Origin: Pomacea canaliculata
Lineage: Eukaryota
Length of the DNA stretch: 64,000 bases
Direction: 5' to 3'
NCBI RefSeq assembly: GCF_003073045.1
Contig: NC_037593.1
Location: 29,457,367-29,521,366 of the forward strand
The translations under genes were made by a program, and so were the position numbers. This document shows, one piece after another, positions 23,374 to 36,730 of this stretch; the first letter of the stretch is position 1, and each line of letters starts with the position of its first letter. The notes below the pieces were generated by a model. That model ran no database searches, was not told where the DNA came from, and saw only the letters and a program-made list of their open reading frames with translations.

Positions 23374-24577
23374 CTGGGCAAAAACAATATTGTGACTAGT
23401 TTAGTCAAATTTACATCAGCACATAACAAACACACACACACACACACACACACAAACCTACCTTCGTCTGAAGAACCCAACTTTGAAAAACCATCCTGCT
23501 TTTGATAAGCTAAGCCCTTTGTCATCATAAGATGTGTTTAATTTTTGTTCAGTTTTAAAAACCATGTTTAATAATATGCCTAATGCTTGCAATATCAAAT
23601 ATTGAACAGTGCATCGTATTCATAAGTAGTATGTTTTCTTTTAAGTATAACCCTGCATTATAACATTTGCAATAAGAAAAACAGTGAAACGGGCATGCCA
23701 GTAAAAGGTTTTCATTACGTTCTTTGTACATTTTAGATTAATTAGTCCTAAGAACTTTATTTTTTGTTTTTATTGTACTATATATCTAGTTCCGCATCTC
23801 GCATTTAGTTTTATACGACGACTTCTATTGTTTCAGTATGGTTATTAATATGTCAAGACTACATTTGCAAAAAATATGTTTGCAAATATCGGATATTTCC
23901 TAGTCTTTTATATTAATGATTTATTGCGCACCTGTTATGCATAAATAACCATGTATACAAATATAAACTCAGTTCTCTGGGGAATTATTCAAGATTTTGT
24001 ATTATTTGACACCTCTCAGCAAACGTATCCTACCAAGCATTTACGGCCTCAGTTTTGTTCATTCGCATTTGACACATTATTCCATACAAAATTTCCACAT
24101 TCCTTCAATAATAAATATTTGAGATAGGTATAACTTTGTTACATATATAGTGTAATGAGTTGTGATACGTCTCGTATTGTCTCGTGTACGAAAGGTGTTT
24201 TGTGTTTGATGTCTTGTGTGCGTCATTTGTTCCACGTCACTTGAAGCAGAAAATGACGTCATTTATAAGAGAAAAAAGACGTCACATATAACAGAAAAGC
24301 AGTTGCTACGAAATGGCCGAGTGAGCGGGAAAGCAATGGTCTTCGTCCGCCATCTTCTTTATAACTCTCTCAGTGACTTTCCTGTGAAATTTGGCCTCTT
24401 CGAATCGATTCACCTACAAATCTCTTCATCGTCATCGTCATCGTCATCTGCGGGGCTCGTCGAGCGTTATGTGCGTGTGTGTAATATGTCGTGCGTATGC
24501 AAGGTAAGTGTACGTTCGTCTTATCACGTATACATTAGTTTAAACAAAAACAAAAAAACTAGCGAAGGTAAGCGTAC

Positions 24578-24664
24578 CTGGTTGACAGGTACAAGTCTGA
24601 CAGCCGTCGACGTAGACGTAGCCGTTAGCACACGCATGGCATTTGAAAAGAGGGCATAAAGGTT
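24578..24664 (-). CDS. Gene C antistasin-domain exon (EPLCPLFKCHACANGYVYVDGCQTCTCQP)
   Basis: 87 nt; donor GTACGC. Confidence 0.6.
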
Positions 24665-24896
24665 CTGAACAGAAAGTTTTGTAGCTCGGTTAGTTGGAAG
24701 TGAAATGACGGTAACATTACATCGCTAATGCTAAATAGGGAAAATATGAAAACTACGTAGTAACTACGTTAGCCTTAAAAATTATCATTAAACGGAATGG
24801 GTGTCTGTGAAATCTGTTTTAATAATGGCGATACTTTTTATGGACATACATTTCAAACTGACTCGTGTGTGTGTATGTGTGAGTGAGCGCGCGCGC

Positions 24897-24899
24897 TTA

Positions 24900-24996
<97 letters not shown>
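24897..24996. repeat. (GTCT)n microsatellite, ~25 units
   Basis: Direct read. Confidence 0.95.
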
Positions 24997-25062
24997 TGAC
25001 ATAAGTAAAGCCACGTCGTCCGCTTTTGTCAGTCAGCCTTCCAAGCACCCTTTAGTTTAAGG

Positions 25063-25500
25063 CAGGGATGCACAACCTACGACCCGCGGGCCATATCCGG
25101 CCCGCGAAACTTCTGCCCACATTGCAGGATATCCGCATGTTAGTAATAAAAGAAGACATAAAAAAACGAAAAAAAAGGAAGAAGAAGTATTTATCCCCAC
25201 GTAGGGGCGTCTCTCAATCTTTTTTTTCCATGGAAGAATATTTCGATTCAGTGCTCCGACTTGGTGTCTCTACGATGAGGCCGGAGATTCAGAAGTTGGT
25301 TTCGGGAAAACAACTTCAAATATCCCACTAATTACTACATAATTAATGGTAAGTACAACTTGTTTCTAATAAAAAATGGTATCTGCTCTATTTTTTTTTC
25401 CTTTTTGTATTTTTGCGGTGAAGTGGCCCGCGACACGGCTGTCCGAAATGGATTTGGCCCGCAGGCCGAAAAAGGTTGGGCATCACTGGTTTAAGGGAAC
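25063..25500. mobile_element. MITE-like element with TIR CCAG(G/T)GATGC(A/C)CAACC and the subterminal motif CCCGCGGGCC..GGCCCGCGAAAC; flanked by TTTAAGG
   Basis: Inverted termini; same family as 34349-34722. Confidence 0.45.
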
Positions 25501-25607
25501 AAAATATTACCTTTTACCAAATATATTTCTACTCTGTGTGCGTGCGTGCATGAGAGAGAGAGAGAGAAAGAGAAAGAAAAGATAGACAAAGACTTATTTT
25601 AACTCAC

Positions 25608-25715
25608 TTTCTCTGCACTGACATGTTGGACATCCTCTTTCATCAGGAACGTTTCCATAGAGGCAAGCAATAGCGCACACTGGTCCGCATTGGTCAAAAG
25701 GAGGGTGTGCAACAG
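25608..25715 (-). CDS. Gene C antistasin-domain exon (VAHPPFDQCGPVCAIACLYGNVPDERGCPTCQCRE)
   Basis: 108 nt, phase 1-1; donor GTGAGT. Confidence 0.65.
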
Positions 25716-25892
25716 CTGTTAACACACAATATAAATATAAACACGCATGAAGGATATTGTTGGTGGGAATGTATAGCTTTAGTTTTCATATGTGTGAGTG
25801 TATACACAGTATTCAGCTGACAACTACACAAACAAGTCAATACACAACTTTCACAAATTGTTCGATTCCTTCTTCACACCAGCAAGCCTTAC

Positions 25893-25959
25893 CTGCTCCT
25901 GCTTCGCCGACTATCAAGCTCACGAACACAAGTAAAGCTGACACCATCCCACTTGCCAT
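25893..25959 (-). CDS. Antistasin-like gene C, exon 1: signal peptide MASGMVSALLVFVSLIVGEAGA
   Basis: Paralogue of the other signal exons; donor GTAAGG. Confidence 0.7.
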
Positions 25960-28938
25960 TTCTACCCGTTACTTGGTGAGAAAATAATGATTCACTAGTC
26001 AGGAAAGGATCAACACCTGCTTTCAGTTGCTCTCTCCGTGGTGTCGTCTGCTTGCAACGCGTTTTATAGACCTTACATCCTTCACAATTATGGTCCAATC
26101 GCAGGCTACGAGACGTAGAACTGCATTTTGATTGGTGAATATATTTGGACGATAATGACGTTTCAAACGATTGACCTCATGGCAGGTATACTTACCCGGA
26201 CCTACGAATGTCCCCCAACTCTACCTCCTGCTCCCCCTCTGACGCACTCGCGATCGTCTATTAATATCTTTGGCTGTAAAGATCTTTTTAAAAAGGGGAG
26301 AGTATAACCACGACTTCAAAATCTAACAAAAGCAGATATATATATATCTGCGAGCTGCCAGTTCAGCAACGTACTTTGTGTAATTGTGTAAACACGTGGT
26401 GACAAAGACCTGTTGCCGTAAACATAGTGAATGCACGTTATACTTAAGGGAAGGTCGACGACCGAGTTATTACAAGAATGTGAATAGCATGTGATCGCCT
26501 GATCAAAACAAGACATTTCGAAATCTCGACACAGTGACTGCAAAGTAACAGTTATAGTGAAGGAGCGCTTGTGCGCCTACACGCTCACGCACACACAGAA
26601 TTAAACACACATACCCACGCACAAACACAAATATCCGTGCTTATTCACACATACAAAGCATATATATATACACACACACATCAAGACACCCCTACACATA
26701 TTTACAAACGCGCACACAGACACAACAGAAGTATATGTCTAGGAAAGATTGTTTTTCATTCTTCTTCTCACCACGAGTAGCTACACAATGACCTCTTTGT
26801 TTTGAGATCATTATTATTGTTGTGTATTTATATTTTGTGTGAGGCGCTTTAAGCTAGCTTTTGATGGTTGGGAAAACGCTATATAAATAATAATAATAAT
26901 TATTATTATTACACATATAAATACATATGCATGCTTGTATATATATATACACACAAAATGTCTGTAGGGAGACAAAGATCTATAAAAGATTGTGACAGTT
27001 TCTATAGCGACGACGACATACCAAGCTTTCGGAAAGGATTCCGGACGTGAATAACTGTCAACATGCGGATCTCTCCTGTTTATATCCTGTAGACATCAGA
27101 CTATGACGTCAGGTGAATGGACGAGACTAGCTAAGGTCATTGGACAGATCAGCTGTGGGATGGAACTGTTACTGTGCCCCGAGGGATGGATTAGTGACTC
27201 CTAATTGTATTACTGAATTGTTTCTACTTGCTTAGTAAACTTAATTACTGTAATGTGTGTGACACATCAGGTTATTCAAAAGATGTCGGCGGCCAACAAA
27301 TAAAGATACACTGATATTAACCTGACAATTTCGAAGTAGGTATATTTGTAGCAACATTTGCAAGTTGCCAGCCGTTTTAAAGGGTTCGGTAGGGGCCACT
27401 AAGGGGAGGTAAAAAACTTTTTTAAGTTACTTCCCTTGACGCGCAAAGCACATGACATAGTGAATGCTCGGAATTTTATCTATACATTTTTAAAATCTGC
27501 ATTTGTTAAGAACTGAGATATAATTATGTAGTATACACTGATCGAGAAATGCTTGATAGACACTGCGCGCTGTGAAAACAATCACGTAGACATATTCCTA
27601 CTCGAAATGTCACAGCATGGAACATGAATTGGCTGTACCTCCTCAGTTTTGAAAGAAAAAAAGAATTTAAGAATTAAAATCCAGGAAGCAGTCTTCACTG
27701 TTTATGAAACTGACGAAAATTCAGCGGAAGTACATCCCAGATACTGAAACAGTACTGACATACGCATTTTACTCAGAGGCCATGCTTTTTTGGATTTTTT
27801 TTTTTTTTTTTTTTTGGTGGGGGGGCTGCATACCTAAACTCTAAATCTTAAACGCTGCAATGTGTTGCCAGGCCACTCACACATATCTGGTAGTCTATAT
27901 TCTTCTGTCTCTTGTATTTTTTCCCATAATTTATTCATTTAATTTCAAAGACGTATTGGATAAAGGAATATATTGTTATTTATAGTTGTTAATCAGTTGG
28001 CACTACGCTTTTTGTTATTATTATTTCCGTTTCTCCGCGTTATCACTTTTTCTTTCCTGTCATTTTGGTTGGTTGCTTGTAATTTATCATCATCATCGTC
28101 ACCACCACCACCACTACTACCATCATCATCATCATCATTGATAAAGCCCCATGATTTTGCTCATAAATGCCGGAATATGGCGCTTTAAAAATAAGCTTTA
28201 TTATTATTGTTATACACATAAATGAGTAAAGGTTAGAATAAATGTATCATACATTTTATATTGTCTTGTACCCCACATTAAATTGGGCCAGAAGACTAAA
28301 TTATGAACGAATATGGTATTGTAGTGTTAGAGGATAACAAGAACAAGTACATTTTATTTGTTCATTTATTTTCCAAGCTCTTAATACATTCGTCTCTACA
28401 GTCTGCAGCTCCTTAGGTTGTGTTTTGTACTGCAGGTCCTTGTTTTTCTCATCAGCGAAATCTTTTTTTCAGTTGGCCTATTGGTTAAAAAAAATTAAAG
28501 AAAAACAGATTAATGTACTGTTGTTTGTGTACTGCTAAAAGCGATTTCGTTGACCTTCACCTGAATGTGTCTTTTTCAATAACAAAAAATTGGACAGAAA
28601 AACATTTCGTCGCTTTGTTGCACGCTTTGACAAAAAATATAAACTTCGTCCGAAATCAAATCAGACTCTTTCATGCAAACCACAGGTGTGAGCCAAAGAG
28701 GATCAGATATGGAAGAAATTCAGCACATTCTTGTTTGTATCTCAAAAACGGGAGGAGGGAATTGATTCAGATTTGAGAAAATAATATTTCTATTGAGCTG
28801 TACAAAATCATTAAAAAAAATACATCACACTAGTTCTGCAAGAAGTTTTCGAGAATAAAGAAGCAAAATCTTTTGTCTGAAGTTTTTAAATTTTGATCCA
28901 TGTAATCGGTGAAAGGTAGTGAGGTAGCATCCTACCTA

Positions 28939-29024
28939 CTAGTAAGCTACTATTGGGCATTTGCAGGTACAGCCAGGTGGCAAGGCGTAAGAGGGATTGG
29001 CACAGTGCTGCGAGCATTTGTCTC
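28939..29024 (-). CDS. Gene D putative terminal exon: C-terminal Cys-rich tail DVCRDKCSQHCANPSYALPPGCTCKCPIVAY*
   Basis: Acceptor ttgttgcag and the CxxxCxxxC...GCxCxC pattern, as in the terminal exons at 36053-36165 and 40881-40996; stop TAG. Confidence 0.5.
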
Positions 29025-29363
29025 GGCAGACGTCTGCAACAAAAGCACAACGATCCTCAGAAACGTGACGTCGACAGACGAGGCTTCTATCCATAAACAT
29101 CAAAGTATGCTGACCTATGAACATGCTATTAAAGCTAAACTATGAAGATCGTAATAATGTTAAACTGTAAGCACTTTCGTAATGCTGAACTATCAGCACC
29201 ATAATGATGTTGAACTATAAACAAATAAACAAATAATGTTTAGCTACGAACACTAACAAAATGGCGACTGATGCCCAGAGAGGGAAAGAAAAACAAACCA
29301 AAAAATAATAATACATTTCTTAACTGACGTGAACTATGACTCCAGAGGAAGATATCAACTCAC

Positions 29364-29453
29364 CAGGTAGGCACGTGCATGTCTGGCAGCCATTCTTGGT
29401 GACGTATCCGTTAGTGCAAGGTCTGGGACACCGCACTGGTGGGCAGACTGGAC
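29364..29453 (-). CDS. Gene D antistasin-domain exon (PVCPPVRCPRPCTNGYVTKNGCQTCTCLP)
   Basis: 90 nt; donor G|GTGAGT. Confidence 0.65.
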
Positions 29454-29599
29454 CTGCGGGAAAGACAAGGGCCACTTAGTCTTCACGACTGAGCTGAAGC
29501 AGCCGACAGGACGTTTGGATTTTTACTTGAAGGTTGGGTACATGAGATGGTTACTTGAAACTAAGGTATATAATTATGACTGGAGTAATTTCAGCTTAC

Positions 29600-29707
29600 G
29601 GTCTCTGCATTTGCAGATTGGACAGCCGTTGGAGTCTAAGACGTTCCCGTATGGACAGAAAATCAAGCAGACGGGTGGGCAATGCTTTCCAGGTGGAGGA
29701 TCCACAA
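29600..29707 (-). CDS. Gene D antistasin-domain exon ([35 protein letters not shown])
   Basis: 108 nt; donor C|GTAAGC. Confidence 0.65.
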
Positions 29708-29898
29708 CTAGGGTAACAGAAGGTATACGAATTGATTAGAGTATGTGTGTGCTACAAAGAGCATACGACATTTGTAAGAAATAAATATCTAGTCTGCAAA
29801 AAAAGTTTGATGTTGATAAATACGCTGTCTTCTTTCCCGTATGAAATTTTTGTAAAATAAATTTATATAATGTAAAGTGATGGTGACTAACAACATAC

Positions 29899-29994
29899 CA
29901 CGTGGTTTGCATCGGCAGGTAGGACATCCGTTTTCCTCTAGTCTTCCATAAGGACAGTCAATAGCAGGACATTTAAGGAAAGGACAGTCGGGGC
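29899..29994 (-). CDS. Gene D antistasin-domain exon (PDCPFLKCPAIDCPYGRLEENGCPTCRCKPR)
   Basis: 96 nt; donor G|GTATGT. Confidence 0.65.
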
Positions 29995-30334
29995 CTGTTG
30001 AAGCAAACCAATAGTATCCATGTTCAGATCATATTCGCGCTAGTACACAAGGTCGTGATGAGCAGCATATTCGGTGATTTAGTTCGCATTTATTAAATTG
30101 AAAGAAGAAATTGCCTGCCAATCTTACACTTACACTACAAAATCATTACAATATTAATAATACCAACCTAGCGAAGGGGTTACGTTAGACCAAGTTTGAG
30201 AATTCTTTGTCATCTTGGAAACTTCTCTTTTTTAAACTTTGTTCACATTTAGCTATATGTTATGCGATTGCTGAGGGCTGGATATGGCTTTATAAAATAC
30301 TTGGTGAAATAAGAGTCAGTTGGAATGAACTTAC

Positions 30335-30445
30335 GTTGTTTGCACTGGCAGGTTGGACAGCCATAGGAGTCTAAGACGAACCCGTATTCACAGAAAATCT
30401 TACACTGTGGTGGGCACTCGTGGGTTGGTGGTTTCAGAATCAAAG
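30335..30445 (-). CDS. Gene D antistasin-domain exon (LILKPPTHECPPQCKIFCEYGFVLDSYGCPTCQCKQR)
   Basis: 111 nt, phase 1-1; donor C|GTAAGT. Confidence 0.65.
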
Positions 30446-30816
30446 CTGTAGAAAATATGCAAGTGTTAAATACTTACTTTGTGCGTCCAAATGTCTATGT
30501 GACTATGTGCAAATATGTGTATATGTGTCTGCCTATAAACGCTCAAACCTTGAAGAGAATGTTGGAACTGATTGAAGAAAATGCTTCTATAAATAAGTGA
30601 AATGTGATGAAAACTTTTGCGACCAAAATGATAATCAGAAAATAGCTAGTTAATATTCAGTGACTTGCTGTGAATATTCACACAGCACATTGCCTGCTTG
30701 AATTTAGTTCCAGGACAGAAACACTGATGTGAACAAACGTTACACAAGAATGAAATGAGTACATCATCCAGGTGTAATGTTTCTGTCCTGTAACTTATCC
30801 ACAAAGTAGATAATAC

Positions 30817-30884
30817 TTGCCAGTCAAGCCTTGTATGATGGACAAGCCCCCCAGCAGAAGCAGCAAGAAACTGGTGCTGGCCAT
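30817..30884 (-). CDS. Antistasin-like gene D, exon 1: signal peptide MASTSFLLLLLGGLSIIQGLT; the exact 3' end depends on GT versus GC donor
   Basis: ATG at rc 30884. A phase-1 junction to the next exon requires a GC donor CTG|GCAAGT. Confidence 0.55.
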
Positions 30885-31677
30885 CCTTGGTGAGTATTTC
30901 TGTCAGGCTTAATGTAGTTGGACAGAAAGCAAGTCTTTTGACGGGTTAGAGTTGGTGTATCTGGTGGTAGGTGGGGAGTTCTTGGTGTTGCTACCTGTAG
31001 AAGCTAGCACCGTGACTTATATAGGCGCCTGGGATAACTGACTCATCATTTTCTTTTCCCCGGGGGTCTCCAGCAGATGAAACCCTGCATTGGACGTAAT
31101 AAGCACGCCTGTGATTGGCTGACATTGTTTATGTCGCTGTCCGCATCCTGCTTCGTGTTTGTTGGTCATTTCCGGATTATCAGGTGCAGCAGCTATCAGC
31201 AATGGTGGTTACTGCTGACCTATATTTTTCACCTACAAAAGTAGCTTACAACTGTGTTAGTATTAGTTAGTACTGTTAGCACGTGATACAGATGTGCATA
31301 CGTGTGAGGAAAGATCGGAAAGCTTGTTGGTAGCTTGTATCTGTGCGTCAGTGGGTGTGGAATATATATATATGTGTGTGTGTGAATGTGAATGTGGGCA
31401 TTTTTGTCTGATATAGGGGAAGTCTACGTACGTGTGTGGAATATGTAATGTATGTATGGCCCAAGAGAGATAACCCGTTCACGTGTACATACGTTTGACA
31501 TTGAAAAGTGAGTCGACTTTCTCATCTCAAGATTCAATATGCAAAATATGAACCCAATAACTGATGAAACTAGCCCACAAGTACCTGCTGTGCCAGAAAC
31601 TGATTACCCTCGTGGATTTTGCAGTATCGAACTCACTCTGTTTGAGAAGAGACTAATCGTAAGATCAATTAGGTCAA

Positions 31678-31775
31678 TAATTGGTTGGTTGGTTGGTTGG
31701 TTGGTTGGTTGGTTGGTTGGTTGGTTGGTTGCCTGCTTGCTTGGTTCGTTGGTTGGTTGGTTGGTTGGTTCATCA
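31678..31775. repeat. (TTGG)n microsatellite, followed by degenerate TG/TA-rich minisatellite to ~32250
   Basis: Direct read. Confidence 0.9.
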
Positions 31776-34348
31776 CTTCATTTATATATGGATCGATGGC
31801 TTGAATTATAAATGTGAAGTTCATATATTGCTATATTGGGGGTGGATGGAATTGTGTGATTTCGTGTGCAATGGAGGAACAAACATGTGAGGAGGAAATA
31901 GTGTATTATGGATGGATAGATATATACAATACGCATGTATGCATCTATGTATGGATGTGTATGCGTGTATGTAGTGATATGTGTATGTTTAAATATATGG
32001 ATTGATGTTTGTATGTACTACTCTATGCGTGCATTCAGGGATGTTCGTATAGATGTATGTATTGATGTATGCATATAGGAAGGTATATCTATTCTTGTAT
32101 CACGTATATCATTATTATGTATTATTATATACATCATTATGTATATATGTGTGAATGTGTGCGTGTAATTGTGCATACAGGCGTGTATGCAAGTGTTCTG
32201 TGCGGGCATATGATGGATGGATGGAGGGATCGCGAGATAACGAGCGATTGAGAGTGATTACGAGTGAGACAGAGATGTGAAGTGAGATGGTCTTGATGTT
32301 TAATCACGCGAAATAAGTCTTGTGTGACGTCCCCCTATGTCTTGAAAAACACCAGCTAGGAAACAGCTCTTCTTCTATCACAACCAATCCTTTGGGCTCA
32401 TAAAACGCCCCAGGTCACAGAAACCGACGTCAAGACATTGAACTAGGTTAAGGTCCAGGTTAGAGACCTAAGGGAGGGAGGGGATGAGGAGCGGGAGTGA
32501 GGGGAGAGAGGCAGACGCTGCATCCTCATGAAGTAACGATGGGGCAACTTGTTTCAGGACAAAAGATGATTCATGTTTTATTGCGTCAAATTCAACCTTG
32601 AAATTGTCGCAACTCTCATGTATCCCGGAAGAATCATCCAAGCATAGCGACCTTAAAAACTGATATCCTTTATTTCTATTCCACAAGGTGTTTCAGACCC
32701 GGATGCAGCGAGGAAAAGTTGAGTCAAGTGTAGACAAATGCAAATAACGTAATTGTAAATGGTAACCAGGCGGCAACTGTATCGATGTAATAGTCGCCTT
32801 ACCAACGATCTCTTATTCATAACATGAGATAAATGTCGATGCTTCACAGAGCATCCCTCGTTCATTATTTGCTCTTATCTCTCTGAATGATGAAACTATG
32901 TTCGGACCTCTCAAGTCTAGAATCAAAACACCTTTCTGAAAAAACACTTCTGCTCACATCACTTCTTGATACAACTACTTCGTTAAGGTTGGCCACAGCT
33001 TCGTCCTTATGCTACGTTTTTCTTCATTTTCGTTTTCATAGCTCGATGAACTCACATCTATTCAAAAATATACCCCCTACAAATACTACTACTTATTCTT
33101 ATTATTCTTATTCTTATTCTTATTCTTATTCTTATTATTCTTATTCTTATTCTTATTCTTTTTCTTATTATTATTATGAGAGAGAAGAATGCGGGACTGA
33201 ATGTGTTCTGAATGTGGTCTATATAATATTTGACACATATTTAATCACTGCAGTTTTCTTTGTGTTTTCTTTATGTTTTAATACTATAACTAATACTTTA
33301 TAATAATAAATATAACACTTGAAATATACTAATAAAATTAAAACTACAATCTAGTTATCAGCAATTTTTCAATTTCGTGGCTCTTTTAAAACCCAATATG
33401 GATTTTTATCTACGTGTATTTCTTACGGCCCCCAGGCCCGTATATATGAAGCGAGAGTAAGTCGTCTCCCCAGGGCATGAAGGAACAGCATCTTGATTCC
33501 GAAGTTATCGAGCTGTGTCGAAATCTCACGGACACTACTTTTCATCCCCGAGCACCTTTGCCACCGCTTTATAATTACTGCTTACTAGAGGTAAACAAGA
33601 TCTGTGGGAACCAAACATCGTTTTAAAACTTAGTCATAAAGTTCTCGTTTTGCCCCAGAGCAACGATTTACTTCCGTTTCGTAACTACGGCCTCTGAAGA
33701 TAAAACAATAAAAAAAACTGATTACATGGATAGCAGGTACGGACCGCTGCGTGGACTCTTCATCTGTCATCTCCCTTTTTCCTTCCTCCCCCTTCTCCTT
33801 CTCTTCTTCCCCTGTAAAATGCGAGGGCTGTGCGTGCGCAGTATGAATAAAACTTATGTGGCAAATTTTTTACCGCTTGCATTTAACTTCAGACAGAACA
33901 CAGGAGAAGTGAAAGATGCTCGCTTCACCGCAAGGAAGGGCTCCCCACTTCAATGTAACTTCAATAAACATTTCGAGTCATCAAGATGAGAATCTACCTC
34001 CTCCTGCCCGGGGGGACATGTCAGACAATGTTGTCATTAAACGGCGTGGGAGGGTTTAACGACTTTCACGTTTTGTGACATGAATGGACTAATAGCAGGG
34101 ATCTAGACATTAAAGTTATGTTTGTGTGCGAGTATGTGAGCTAACAACGGCGTCTTAGACATAAGGGCTCCAAGTGTGCATGTGTACACGTGGGTGCACA
34201 AACAAAATAAAACTGAACAAAATAAAGATAAAAAACAACAGAAAAAAATGAAAGATAAAAACAAAATAGAGCGATCTAAAAAAAAAAAGTATTGCGAAAA
34301 ATGAAAAAAACGAAGATAATGATGACTGACTGGATCATACCCCATATA

Positions 34349-34722
34349 GTCTAGACCAGGGGTCTCAAACACGCGGCCCGCGGGCCGAATGCGGCCCGCG
34401 AAACATTTTTGTGCGGCCCTCGGCCACGTCTGCGGTGTATATGTATGTTGTGCTTGGTGATTAACTCCCGCAGTGAAAATTACCCCCGTTATTAGTGACA
34501 GAGACAACGTCAACTTATTTTAATAAACTAAATTGCCTGTGCACGTAATAAACTACACTAAATGTAATTAATAATTATACAAACTTTATTTTACCATTTA
34601 ACTGCAGTGACAGTAGTGTTCGTAAAATTTAATGAAAAAACATTTTCTTTTCGTGGTGCGGCCCGCTGATTGGCTGTTACTTTCCACTGCGGCCCACATG
34701 CTAATATGAGTTTGAGACCACT
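34349..34722. mobile_element. MITE-like element, TIR tctagaccag(g/t)ggtctcaaac, sharing the CCCGCGGGCCGAATGCGGCCCGCGAAAC subterminal motif
   Basis: Inverted termini read directly. Confidence 0.45.
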
Positions 34723-36052
34723 GGTCTAGACGTTTGAGCAGGTGTATCTGTATCTAAACACTTTAATTAGTTTAGTTTTTAACTCACATTTTTTTTTCTA
34801 TATTTCTCTCTCTGTAGCTCTCCCCATTTCTCTCTTCTTTCTTTCTCCTGGTGAATAGAAACTCTACTTTGTAATAATGTTTCAAGATTTCATAGACCCC
34901 ACACGTTTTGCGCATAAATCTGCATATGTAAAGGAAGCAAAGACGGAAACATATTTTGTTGCCGACAAGAGAGGTAAGCGGCTGTCGGCAAACAGTCGTC
35001 ACGGACCATCCCCCCTGCCTAATCTTGATGAATTATTTGTTTACGTCAGGCGAAAAAGAAAAGCGGCGTACGTATGGAAGATGAAGAAGGATTGATGATA
35101 CCGTGTCGGCAGCAATTTCAAAAGAAAAGATTTCGGATTATTTATATAGCGCTGAAAGATTTAGATGAAGATTACTGAGCTGCTACATGAAGCAGTGATT
35201 CGTTTGCTCCAGACAACTGACTATCGGTTTATTCATTTCCCCAGATGCCGCAATCGAACGGGACCCACTGCATTTCTACAGTGCAGTTTTGAGTAAGAGC
35301 AATGACAACTTGTTGCAGTTAACTCTTCAGGTATGGAAGACAAATAAAGCACGATTGTTTTGTGTACAATGGGGTAACTGCTTTGTTTTTCTTATTCATT
35401 GGAACACCTACAAGTCAACTCATCTGGCTGTAGTGACACCTTCCTACGTCCATACAAGCATGTATAAATACAGACTCACACACAAAGGCACCAAAGTACC
35501 TTGTAGATTACAAAACTCATTGAACAAGTAAAATAGCTTTCACTGCATTTATTTCAGAAGTTTTATTATGCTCTAGAAATCTCTGAGTTGGCCGAGGTAG
35601 TTCTCAGCTGAAGCGCTGCGTTTGGATTTTGCCAAGGTTGTCGACTGTTCTGTCATTTACCTGGAAACAGAAAAAAAACTAGCAGAGATAGAACTGAGTG
35701 AGAACTCACGTGAAACACACAAACTAGCAGCTGCTCTATCTTTTATGCCGTCTCAACACATAGGGAGCACTCATCGGTCTTTTATAGACTTCTACAATAT
35801 AACTGACTCACTTCTAAAGATCTTCAGACTTTTAAACCATGATATATTCTTCTGATTAAAGAAATTTCTTATGCAATCCATTTTTCATAAACTCTTCCTC
35901 CTTCTTTCAACCAAAACACTTATATTGCCATTTGTAACCACTGTTAACTGACGATTAGTTAAATGAAAACTAATTGGGCAGACATATTAGGCTTGTTAAA
36001 ACAGTTTAGAATACGATAGTTGTAAGAGCTATCTATTAAGTGGGTGTTATAC

Positions 36053-36165
36053 CTAATAGGTAGGTCGTGGTTGCACATGACCTCCGCAGTTGCAGTTACA
36101 TCCATGGGGTAGGATGCTCGAGTGCGGGGCCTGACAATAACTCAAACACCTTTGCTGGCAGTTAC
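36053..36165 (-). CDS. Gene E terminal exon (NCQQRCLSYCQAPHSSILPHGCNCNCGGHVQPRPTY*)
   Basis: Acceptor ttgttgcag; stop TAG; predicted mature protein ~120 aa. Confidence 0.65.
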
Positions 36166-36339
36166 CTGCAACAACGTTACATTGCAGCTACAGGAAGATA
36201 TTCAAATGTTAGAGAGGACGACAACACCTATACAGTAATTTGTACAAACAAGCTCATGTTAAATGTTCGTACTGATGAACAAACACTGACTTTCTCTAGT
36301 GGCAAGACATTCAAACAAATGTGATTATAAGACACTGAC

Positions 36340-36429
36340 CAACATTGCACTCGCACGTCTGACAACCATTTCGGTAGATGAAACCGTAAGGACACTGGTT
36401 GTAGCAGGTCAGCTGAGGACACACGGGAC
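36340..36429 (-). CDS. Gene E antistasin domain 2 (PVCPQLTCYNQCPYGFIYRNGCQTCECNV)
   Basis: 90 nt; acceptor tgttgcag, donor G|GTCAGT. Confidence 0.65.
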
Positions 36430-36631
36430 CTGCAACATGTCAGAACCTAGATAACATACAATGTCTGTGAGCTTTGTTTGTTTGAGACAAAGTATTTTAC
36501 TTCATAGCAATAATCACCTCATAATGATGCGTGTGTGTGTGTGTGCATATATAAGCAGGAAGGGAATACATAACGAGGGTAACAAAAAATCTCAAATTTT
36601 CTTTCAAATTTCAGAGACGTCACAAACTTAC

Positions 36632-36730
36632 CGTTCCTGCACTGGCAGAGAGGACAGCCATTGTGGTCAAGTTCGTAGTCGAATTCACAGTACTTTCCAC
36701 ATGGGGGACGGCAATGTTTGGGGTATGTAC
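36632..36730 (-). CDS. Gene E antistasin domain 1 (TYPKHCRPPCGKYCEFDYELDHNGCPLCQCRN)
   Basis: 99 nt, phase 1-1; donor G|GTAAGT. Confidence 0.7.

Noticed and set aside
31539-32251. ORFs with [12 protein letters not shown] repeats
   Set aside because: Translation of a (TTGG)n microsatellite.
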